DNA of 64,000 bases from the NCBI RefSeq assembly GCF_964204645.1, contig NC_134031.1, positions 18,421,910 through 18,485,909 on the forward strand, given 5' to 3'. Shown piece after piece: positions 12,919 to 25,140 of this stretch. Source of the stretch: Tubulanus polymorphus. Its lineage: Eukaryota > Animalia > Nemertea. Every line of letters begins with the position of its first letter. Within the stretch, counting starts at the first letter, position 1. The notes under the pieces were generated by a model, which was not told the origin of the DNA, did no database searches, and worked only from the letters and a program-made list of their open reading frames with translations. A program made the translations under genes and the position numbers.

Positions 12919-14994
12919 CAGTCGTCGAAACACTAACTAATCCGCGAATCATCCGAAACGTCGTGGTCTAAAAGAAATTTGCAATTTCTTTTCAAATTTT
13001 AATCAGAGATATTTTGCGGGTACACCAGTTAATTAAAGTGGAAATTAATCTTACCTCGATCGTGATAACGCGTCTGCTCTCCGCGCAATACGTCCAGAGA
13101 ATGAGTAGGAGCGGTTTAAACATCCAAAATTAGCATCCATTATACGCTACGATCACGTGTGCTCACCCGAAATTCAAACTTTCTCAACTTCTGAACGCAC
13201 ACGAGACAAACCGAACGTGGATCAATTTTCACCGTTGCATGTCACGACATTCTTATATGTAATATGATACTAATTAAAAAGCCACTATGGTCGACGTCAA
13301 TGTGTGACCAGCTACAATGAGCCAGCATCACGCCAGATCATTCTTACAAAGAGCCGTTTTGAGCCGTTTTGATGATTGATATCTTCACGGTACGGTTTGA
13401 ATTACTAAGATTTACGCGAGATTTTGCGAATGATCCATTGGAAAAACTATATCGACTGATCCTTATAAGGAAAATCCCGCACTGATAATGGAAAATAGAG
13501 ATGTTTCCTTGAGCTATAAGTGTTTGGTTTGTTCAACGTCTCAAAATTCTCTTTGAGCTAGTAGCCTGCATTTCAACTATATACTGATGGGACATCTTAA
13601 GTCTTTCTTCGGCATAACGTAAAATCGCTGAAAAAACGTTGAAATACACTACTAGTTCAAGGAGATTCTACTCGACTGAATTTCTTATTCTAAACTAGCA
13701 AACTACCCTCTAAATGTGGGATTTATAACGGCACGGACTCGCAGTGTTTCAACGATGGCTAATCATCGATTGCGTGCGCTATTCGCTCGGAAACTATGAA
13801 TCTTTGATGCACGCCCCAATACTATCCGCCATCAATTTGTCAATTAGAATTTCAGCATCTTGTTTGTATTTGTGCGATTGCTAAGATAATATCCCACATC
13901 ACTCGCAAGGAAGGTTATTATTAGAATGTAATAATCTCGTCCACTGATGGCATCAGCGAATACTGTCTGTCTCTCCCCCGCTTACGTTCAGAGCCAATTT
14001 TAATACCTTACGAGGCTGTGCAAATATGACTGTCTGTGGCCGCTATTATCAAATCAACTACTAAACTTCAATTAAGGAATAACTAATATCATCCGATGGG
14101 GTAGGGGAAGGGGTCCGGTAAATGATAAATATAGATAGTACGATGTGTTGATATCGAGTAGGATATAAAAAGTCAAAACGAAATTTCATTCTCATTCTTC
14201 ATACATATATATAAATATATCTTTAAAAGGGTATTTATTTGCGACCGGATTGAATGGGTTATAATGGGTGTGAGTGGGTGAGGATGGGGAATGAGATTGA
14301 TGACCGTAAGTAACACGATCGTCACATCATGCGATATATCGAGTCCATTTTGAAGTCGTCCTTAGTCACATCAGGATGGCACCTCCCTGGTCACATTCAA
14401 CATGCAAAACCGTTCATATTACACGACTCCCCGCTCCTCCATCACCCACGCCACGCGCCCCGAAACCGCTGCGCCCCTCGCCCTCAATGTTCTACCCAAC
14501 TCCAAGTGTCGCTAGGTGAAGACATATGCACATAATATTGATCACAGAATACAGAATATGCCACTGGACATCATCAAAATAGTGATCAATAGAACTTCTG
14601 GAAAATGGCCTTTTGACGCCATTAAATTGATAGAATGATATAGATAGACCCGTTCGGAGATATTTAACGGCTTTCTTGAGATATTTTCAGCAACGTTTAG
14701 CCCGAAATCGACCGCCTCGGATTACCACGTACGAATTCATTTCATCTGAGGTGGAAGTTGGAACAAAGCCTCGTGTAACCGATCTTTAAGCTTTTGATTC
14801 TTGCGATGAAGATCGTTTCGCTGAAGAAAAACAAATAACTACACAAGAAAATGTCGAGATAAAGGCGGCGCTTTCATATCGGGAACATCAGATCAAACAT
14901 CACTAGCGGGTTACCCGGTTATAACCGATACAACGTACACACCAGCCGATAATGTTATCAAAACAAACCACCTTCTGAAGCAGATGAATCGGGG

Positions 14995-15410
14995 TGTAGA
15001 GAAAACAGGAAAACTATAGCTTGAAAGTTTATTGATGCCTTGGAAAATAACACATATATTGTTTAATGCTGTCGACAATAAATGATAAATTATATGATAG
15101 TCATGGATCAATAAAGTAATTTTGGATTTGAATATATCGATAATTGAATTGAACGGCAACCAGTCTAGGCCGATATATTGATGGCGTAGTGCATATCCTC
15201 TCAGAAATAATAATCAAAATGTATCAACAATAAAATAGGAGTTATGAAATGTAGTGGATTACAAAATAAACACCAAAATTCACAATTGTGATTTTTATTT
15301 TTGAAGCGCAAATATTGATGATGTAGCGCACATCGAGTGACACAGAACCCAGCGCGCGCATACTATCAGCGATATAGACATCATTGTAACGGTTTTTACA
15401 GCGTAAAAAA
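14995..15410 (+). mobile_element. Interspersed repeat family D fragment
   Basis: CTTGAAAGTTTATTGAYGCCTTG..AAATAACAC, GGCAACCAGTCTAG and GTAGTGCAYATCCTCT blocks are collinear with 24075-24445 and 32895-33085. Confidence 0.88.
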
Positions 15411-15819
15411 AAGTTCTATAATTCCCAGCCGGACTAAAAAACAGAAAAAAATATCGGTTACGGATAATAAGTTTTCTCGCACGCTTTGGTCGGGGGAAGT
15501 TTCTTATGAAAAGACATTAATGAGAAATGAAGAGGCATTTTGTAATCCTCTGCTGATAGTGAAGTTGAGACATGCAGCTGTTGACGCAAATGCGGGAAAG
15601 GTATTCAGAAAGTACGCGTGCAGAACGGCGTGAATGGAGGAGGTTTGATGAAATATTTAGAAAATGTTATAGTAAACCTCCTCATTCACGATGCAGGATA
15701 AACCTCGGGGATAAATCATTGAGGCATTTTTTTTTATTACGGAAAATGTAAATTAAAAGCCTGATACTGAGTGAGACGTGTGACGTAGATGGACTGAATA
15801 ATAATGTCTCTCGTCTAGT

Positions 15820-16520
<701 letters not shown>

Positions 16521-18573
16521 CAGAATACCGAGACAGAATACCGATACAGTCTTTTGCTTGGAAGTATTTCACTGTCTTGTCAATATACAGGTAAACCAAT
16601 GTAACCGCGCAGCATAAGTGGAAGCCCGCGGGCTGAGATCAGAAAACCGCGTTCTGAACTAATAAATAACACGACTGAAGTCATCGAATAGTCTTAAGAT
16701 TCGATACAGTAATTTCTTTCTCTCTTTCTCTCTTTCTCTCTCTCTCTCGCGTCCTCGCATCTTTTGATTTAGACGTAGTTTATTGCACCAGTTCCCGGAA
16801 ACACCCGCGTTTGTGTCAATACAGAAAACCTCGTTATTTGACGCCGCGAGATTTCCACCAAAAAGGCCAAAATCCGAGTCAAACCCGTAGTTATTTATAG
16901 CAACTATAAGAATGTTTGATTATTTCATTATTCTTATCAATATCATTGCTTAATTCGACTCTGAACACAGTTTCACAGTATGTTTGTTTTTATTCGGTTC
17001 TATAGAGATGCAATTTCTGTTTTTCCCCAGAAACTCTGGAGTAAAACATAATTCAAAAGTGTGGAGTAAAACATACTCAAAAGTGTGAAACTGAGTCGTA
17101 CAGACCACACAGTAGAACTTGGTTCCGGAATTCGAAATTTGAAGCATAAATTCCGATTATTGAATTCACCTTTGATCGCAATATAAAACTTCGCCGTTGA
17201 AGATTTTGTTGCACTTTTTGTGAATGATCTTGGTTATCATTTGGGCCAATAATTTCAATTTTTTCAAAATCATTTTGATTATGTTTCATTCTCCTCGAAT
17301 TCGTCAGTATAATGTAAATGTGTGCGGCTGTGTCCCCCCGGGGGTTCATATGCGAGTCTATATTCAAATTATAGTCGGTGGAAAAAGAAATATACCTGTC
17401 AACATTGAATTTCATGAATATTCTGACAATATGTATTGCGACGGTGGTGTGCGTGCGTGCGTGTCTGAACGATATGTCGAGTGAATTATGTTTTTGAATC
17501 GGGGTTAGATTGGGGTAAAATTGAAGTCGAAGTGATTTCAGACGCGCATTGTCTGTCAAACCGATAATTAACGTTCCCTGTTTATATCGGTCCTCGATTA
17601 TTAGCCAATTATAAACGCGCATTTGAGTCATACACAGAATCCCTGTAGCTACTTTTTGAAAACATTATCTGGATGGCAGATTTTACAGCCACATTTCCAT
17701 AAGACGAGGGGGACGAGATTTAGAAAAACTATTTTTGACCTATCCCAACGGACAAAAATATGGCAGGGAAAATTGGATGAAAATGTGTCTTTTATTATGT
17801 ATAGAATTAGCTTAGGATTTTTTTGAATTGATTTGTACGACTGAATTTTGCAGCCCAATTTCCATGGTAACATTTTTTTACCTATTCCACCGGACAAATA
17901 TCTCAGGAGATGAGAGAGAAATCTTGTTTCTAGATAGGAGGAAAAGGTGTATATTAATGTAACGGAATATGTATTACGTATGAAATTGACTTTGATTGAT
18001 TTGTCACGTGTCAATGCATATCTGGCACACATTTCTTCAACCTATTGAACTTGGCTGACGGATTCATTTTTCATTTTTTTACAGCAACATTCCCAGGGGA
18101 GGAGAGGAAAAAGTTCGACAAATACTTTTTTCAGAAATTTCTATCACTAATTAACCCGTCATCCGAGTTACTAAATAGACCTTACAATGCAATTGGTATG
18201 CATTCGACAAACGATCAAACCAGACGAAAAAACAACTTTTTCTGTTATCCGTGAAGATAGTTATTTTCTGAGCAGCGTCGACCATCACAGTTCAGCAGAC
18301 AGACACCATACGCTTTGTGACGTTACCGAGGGATTACAATATTGATCGTTCTATCATACAGAATCTGACAGTATGATTCGATTTAACCATGTTCGCGCAA
18401 ATGAGAGTCGAATTCGATATAATCTGTTTTTCTGACAAGGTTGACTTGTTGTCCACCAATCAGAGACCAGATAAAAGCGATGATTTCTCAAACGACTTTT
18501 TGATCAGTTCCAATCGGTCAGTGACAGTACGTGTGACGTCATTGGGACGGGTAACCGATAGATTGTTCATACA

Positions 18574-18786
18574 TCTGTGGAACTGAGTTCACAGTCACAT
18601 TAAACCCACACAACTGTGGAACTGAGTCCACAGTTACATTAAACCCACACAACTGTGGAACTGAGTTCACAGTTACATTAAACCTACACAACTGTGGAAC
18701 TGAGTTCACAGTCACATTAAACCTACACAACTGTGTAACTGGGTCCACAGTTACATTAAACCCAGAAAACTGTGGAACTGGGTTCA
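18574..18786 (-). repeat. 39-bp tandem array derived from MITE-A terminus, ~5.3 copies
   Basis: Unit CTGTGGAACTGAGTTCACAGTTACATTAAACCCACACAA. Confidence 0.95.
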
Positions 18787-20692
18787 GCGTTCACTTGCAA
18801 TTCCAAAGTGGGACTGGAACAAGTGGAACTTTTCCTAGGCATACTTGATTTCAAATACGTATCCCCAAACGATGAATTGAACTTATCGTCTCGGGTTTCG
18901 CGACTGCGTCAAAGCGTTTGACAAGATCGCGAAGAAAAGTCTTAACGAACGTAATTGACACGAAATAATGATAAGAAAGTCACGTGATTTTCTGCAACGT
19001 CGTGTCCCGGATGTCAAGCCGTGGTTCACGCTGCCCCATATATAACGTATAATCATTTCAGATGAATATCTCGCTCTCTCGCTCGCGCGCAGTTCCAGCC
19101 TACAATCTAGCAGCCAATATAAACCTCGTTTGATAGCGTTTATTTATACGAGTCGTTTTTATCAGTTGAAAAATGCAAAGGTTTTTTAGATAGCGGGATT
19201 TCTTTAAGCGTTAAGTGTCAGGATAGACCTGCAGAAGAATGATGATACTGACGGCTCTAGGCCACCAATCGTATACTCATTTCGTGCGTGTACGTGTGAA
19301 GGCTTACAAATGCTAGGCCTACGTAGCAAGTTCCAATCCTTGACAATGGTCTGTTCATTGTCGAAAGAAGAAAACCTTAGACGATTATCTGATTGTCGAT
19401 AGTAGAAATCATTCGACAATCTGTGCCCATGATTGTAAATTGATCTTTATATGCGAACTGCAACAAGGGTCCGGTTTCCTGATCAAGCGAATGAGGTTGA
19501 AGCTCCGTGAACTTAAAGCGTGATCGATGTGACACGCCCTCCGGAACGAACCACAATCCTTCATCGGTCTTACACCGCGACAGGATCAGACGAAACAAAA
19601 TGGTCAACTCAATTTCAATTTATTTCACGGAAAAGCGTAACATTATAACAAGTTGAACAATTCAAAAAAGAGAGAGAAAAAGTATATAAATTTACAAAAT
19701 TGTTGTGTGCTTTTCCATGGGGGCCTTGCAAAGTCTCGTGAGCCGCGCTAACCCAATGATAGAGAGAAAAAACAGAAAGAGAGTAAAAACACGAGAGAAA
19801 GATCCTTGAAGAACTGCTCTTTCCTACCACTATGACGTCAGCTAGCTCTTACCATCGGTTTTTAATTACGATTTCACAATTCGTATAATGAGATGGTATT
19901 TACCGATTCTGAGGCAATATGAATTCAGAACAGACGGCGACAATTTGACCCGAGTCGACCACTTATAGATATTAAATGTCTAGGAGATATTCCGAGAATT
20001 CATATTCTGCGCAACCTAACGACGAACCTTCGGCTGAATCGTTTCAATACCGTCTAAATATCCGGCGTCGGTTAGTAATAGGCTGACGACTAAGTCATGA
20101 TTCTCTCAGGTCGAGGAACTGATGGGGATTTATATATATATATATATATATAATCACATCGGGCTAATTACGATTATGCGCTCGAAGTTTGCTCGGGGCG
20201 ATGGTTGATCTCTGCGAAGTAAATCATTTAAACATGAACTCCATGTTTCGATACCGTAACTTCAAATGAGTTCGGTAGTTGTAATATCGTACATAACTGA
20301 TGCATGCTTCACCGTCCATATTACAGTAAACAATAATAACAACCGTGGGGAAATTCGAAATATTCAAAATGCCATAAATTCATCGGTCTGTACAATTGTG
20401 ACCTAATCAATGGTGCATGTAGTACTATTACTGGAAGTATGGTATGACAGTACTGTGTACCGTTCCATGCTCAATGATCACTAATCTAATGAATTAGTGA
20501 GTTATATGACATTGCGAAATTCCGGCCGGGCTTACGGGGTCTGGTATCGGATATGAACCAGTGGGATGCTGCTGTCTGAAGAAATCCCAGCCGAATTTGC
20601 TATACCCTCGGTGGATGGCGAAATTTCAGTTGCTTAATAGTCAACTAGCGGTTAGTTGACAAGTGATGATTAAAAGGTCCATTGTTACCCCG

Positions 20693-20769
20693 GATCCAGT
20701 TCGACAGTTGTGAGTTTTCAATGAGTTAACTCTGAGTCAAATCTTAACTAAATACCGTGGAACTGGTTC
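20693..20769. mobile_element. MITE family A copy (77 bp) with CCG target-site duplication
   Basis: CCG|GATCCAGTTCGACAGTTGTGAG...GAGTTAACTC...CCGTGGAACTGGTTC|CCG. Confidence 0.85.
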
Positions 20770-21644
20770 CCGGTATTTATGACAGTTATCTTAAACCAAC
20801 TGACTCGAGGTTTTTAGCTACATTTCTTAGAAATCTTAAAGAAGTTCAATGAGTTAACTCTGAACTTTTAAACTTAAAATTTAAATTTAAAAGAATCAAA
20901 GATCAGTTTGTTCAAGTTTTTTTTCCACTAACATGCATCTTTCTTTGAATCCCGCTTGTTGTATTATAACTGAGAATCTAATTCTATGAACTTCATGATT
21001 GATAGTTTTTGTACGCGTCTAACGGGGCTTCGTGATGAACTGGGTGAACTCATGTTCCGACTGTGGGTCTATCCCAGCCGGAACCAGGAGTCGTGATTTA
21101 AGTCTAGTCGATTTTGAGTCTAAAATGAAATTTGATTATAAATAATTTAACCGTGTTAAATCGTATGTAACTCGCAACTGTGATACCGAGACTGCAATCC
21201 ATAGTTCTGAATTAGATTTGGATGTGAAGTTATCATCTTCAATTACTATACATCCAAAGTATTTATGACTTATCAAGACTTAAATTCACGGTTGACGAAG
21301 CTTTGCGAAACTGACTAAATAATTCATTCATTTTCGATTAATTCAATTTTAGAGTCAAATCGTGTGTACGACTGTGTGGAGCTCGATTCCGGATTCTATT
21401 GACAATCTGACGTCAAGAATGCAAGCACACTTTCGGTACATTCGCATCACGGAGTGGATACAGAAAGACACGGATTTCAATATTAGCCGTTCCATCGTCG
21501 TCAGCAAATTAAGTGAGCAGCGAAAGGCAAATACGTTTCCCTGCAGGCGTGTATATCAGAGCAAGCGGTAGAAGCCAAATAATCATGATCAACAAATTAC
21601 CTTCACATATTTCGATTTACAAAGCGCACAAATTGCGATGATGA

Positions 21645-22095
21645 AAACGTATTTACATCGGTTAGGTACGGCGACAGGGCCTACGAGTGTGTCGTATCGC
21701 AAGGCTGATATCTGATACCTGGCACTTTTCATACGTTCTACTAATCGAGAAACACTTGAATACTCATAGATCTGTAACTTCCATATTTGCATTAAATCTT
21801 ATGTACATCAGTTTAGGTACGGCGTACGGCGCCTACGTGTCTGTCGTACCGCAAGGCTGCTGTCTGGTACATCGCACGTTCTAACCGGGAAACCCTAGAA
21901 TACTCCTAAATGATGACAATCAGTAATATTCATAATCTTATCCATCTACATCAAAACCTACATACTTCGGTTATGTACGACAGACATATCCTGCACGTGT
22001 CGTACCGCAAGGCTGCTGTCTGAACCTCGTACGTTCTAACCAAGGGGTGAACCCAGAATACTCCTACGTCACGACAATCCGTGACTTCCACACCC
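21645..22095. repeat. Three diverged ~155-bp tandem units with internal stems
   Basis: GTTAGGTACG...TGTCGTAYCGCAAGGCTG.T.TCTG...ACGTTCTA...GAATACTC recurs at ~21660, ~21812 and ~21970. Confidence 0.85.
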
Positions 22096-23299
22096 TTTCT
22101 ACACATTCTATCTAGTCTGATAAAATCCTTTTAAGTTCAATCCGATGGGAAATTATCTCAAACTTCTCTAAATATATATCTATCGTCTATGACGTCATTA
22201 AGAGATAGACTTTTGGATTATCTAACTCTAAAGTTTGATACAACCATGTAAGTATTTGCTATCATAATTTTACCGAATTATTTCGGTAACACTTTTTTGT
22301 CAAGATTCAACACAACGAATGCTATGAAAATTTAAGTCGACGACCGAACGCATCACTTAGATTTAAAAATTCCGAAATTGTATTTTTAATAGTTTGAACC
22401 TGCATTTATGCATTATGAAGATTTTAAGCCATCGGGACGAATTAATATAAAAACGCAGACACAACGAACACCTTAAAACCGACCCGCGAGACGGTGATAA
22501 ATCTCGCACTATTTCATATCTGAAAAGTGGTTAAATATGACCTGTTTAGTGACAAATCCCCGATGCGTCTGCATCAGCAATTAGTCAAACGTTACTGTCA
22601 AATCAATTATGGAGGATTTATACACTTTGCGGCACCGCGCTCGACTGGAGATGACGGCGAAAAAAACGTCTAGGACGTATAAAACATCATCAAAAATCCG
22701 CATGGATTCGAAAAAATAATCTCATGATGTTTTTTAAGCCAACTGGAAAAATTCTGCCATGATCGAAAATAAATGGAAAAGTTTTGAAAAAGTGAAGTAA
22801 ATATCTCCTTGTTTTTAGCGAATTATTTTGGATTATCTAAACCGCGATTACTACATGTTGAATATATTTGAATATATAAGTTGAATTGCCAAATATTTAA
22901 AAATGTTTCTCTGGTTTCGGAAGACTTCGAAATGGCAGTGTAGTTAATACGTGCAGCTGCTGAATAAGAGTGCAAATCCACGCGTAATTCAAAGGTTGTA
23001 AATAGCACACGACGATCAATTGACAGATAAACATCACCAGAATTCGAATATAATATCAATTTAACAACGCTTATAATACGTAATATTGGAAATAGGACAC
23101 TAGATATTGTGCGTAATACGTGCTGCTAACAAAGACTCGGTCAATAAAACTGAATATAATTACTGGTACTTCTAAAATATTGGATTCATTATAGTCAACT
23201 TGTTCAATTCATTAAACGTTATAGGTATCAAACTGGCAGTCCTGAAAACCACTTCAGGCATTCATCAGTGTTGTTTGCCTTGGCGATCACCTATTGAAA

Positions 23300-23595
23300 G
23301 TGGACTGATAAAATGTCAAATGTCTGATATTAATAGTTAACTTCCAATTTGGAATGCCACTGTGAAGTCCTGAACACATGTGGAATGTGGAAGTTCAGTT
23401 TTTGATGATAAAATGTCTACTGTTGGATATTCATTGTTCATTTTCAATAAAAAATGTCTCAGGTGAAATCCTGAACATATATGAAGTGTGGACGATTATT
23501 TTTCTAAAGTGCCCTGATAAAATGTCTAATGTCGGGTTTGTAATACCTGTTTCAATCAAATCGCCTGTGCAGTTCTGAACACATGTGAAGTCAGT
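23300..23595. repeat. Degenerate ~100-110 bp tandem triplication
   Basis: TGATAAAATGTC....GT..G.T.TT and GTG.A.TYCTGAACAYATRTG each occur three times in register. Confidence 0.75.
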
Positions 23596-24074
23596 GTTGA
23601 TGACCTCATACAAATGCTGATAAAGTCCCAACAAATGATATCTCAGTTGATACAGATACTTATATCTAGCTTGAATACAAGCCTTCTATGATTGGTTCAC
23701 ATCGATTTTCGTGCAAGAAGATGAAAATTGCTTTTTGAAAGAAAAACTAACTGACTTACTGCGTGACTTCGTGTGATAGTGGTTCCTGACGTAGAGCGGC
23801 GAGTTTCTATCTTATCCGAGCTCCTTCAAGACGAACACGTTTATACATGAGAGCGATAATAAGTGATAAGTCCGATGGTTTATCGTCAACAGGCACCGTT
23901 CTATTCTAGTCCACCATGATAGGTTTTAAGATGTCGATATTCGAGATCTCAGTCCCTGTTCCACGGCTGCTGGGTCGATTTAAGCGCCGACTGGAATATA
24001 GAACATAAAAGCAAAACATTAGATTCCTGCAGGTTGAATGCAAGAGTTTCTACGCGATCCAATTATGTGCTTCG

Positions 24075-24445
24075 ATTAAACAAGAAAACTGACTTGAAAG
24101 TTTATTGACGCCTTGAAAAATAAAACATGATATCGTCGACGATAAATAAAATGATATAAACCATACAATATTTAGGATCAATACAGTTATTCTGGGTTTG
24201 AATAAATCGTTAAGTGAATAGAATCTACTGGCAACCAGTCTAGCCCTGCTATATTGATGACGTAGGGCACATCCTCTCAAAAATGAGTATCAAAATTCAT
24301 CAAAAATGAAATGAAAGTTATGAAATACATTCTGTTACAATATAAATGCCAAAATTCACAACTGTAAACGCCAATATCGATGACATAGTCATAAGTGATG
24401 TACATACAAACATTACTGTAACGGTTTTGATGGGGTCAAAAACAT
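24075..24445 (+). mobile_element. Interspersed repeat family D fragment
   Basis: Collinear with 14995-15410 through AAAATTCACAA.TGT and GTAACGGTTTT. Confidence 0.88.
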
Positions 24446-25056
24446 AATCGGGGATTCGAACCTGATATGATAACGATAGCATAAACGTAAAAATAACTAA
24501 TCGCTGGATTAGAATTTCCGAACGGACAAAAAACCTACACAAACAAACATCCCTATCTCAAGATAAAAAACACCGGCAGAAAACGATAAAAACAAGTTGC
24601 TTTGCTGTCGAGTTTATTGTGCTGTCGGTTTTAAGTTCTCGGCAGCGCGAAATTGAGGGGGGAATTTGAGAAGGTCGAATTGGAAATAAATCATCATTAA
24701 ACAGCGATGAATCAGGTGAAATCTTGACGTCTGCGGATGAGAATTCGACGCGACGTTAAAGAGGAAATAAAAACATCACTTGTTGCGAACAGAAAATGCG
24801 GAAACCACTTCGTAAACGTGTAAACGATCAGTAGGTTATGACTTAGATTTCAGCTAATTTTAGTTCTATTGCCAATTCAACAACTTTGAACACCATTAAA
24901 CTATTTTTTCCTAGTTAAATCACATGATGTTCGGTATCGATAGACTAGGACCCGGTAACATATCTGTGGCGGCGGTGCTTGAATCATGAAAATCATATCA
25001 AAATGTTGTTTTTTTTTGTAGATTTTGATTGATTTGTTTGCTTTGACGTATCAAAA

Positions 25057-25140
25057 TATTAGATTGGCTATAGAGACCATATTGAGCTTAGTCTGGTTGT
25101 AACTTGTTAGAGTGCTTTAGAACGACACTAGACTGGTTTT
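25057..25140 (-). mobile_element. MITE family B internal subrepeat fragment
   Basis: TTAGATTGGCTATAG...GAGCTTAG.CTGGT is the reverse complement of the family B subunit. Confidence 0.65.

Noticed and set aside
17262-17312. Minus-strand CTGACGA-ATTC-GAGGA-GAAT-GAAAC hammerhead-like core
   Set aside because: No UH triplet in register and no stem I; treated as chance.
22933-22955. miR-34-like TGGCAGTGTAGTTA
   Set aside because: The 3' part diverges and there is no complementary arm.
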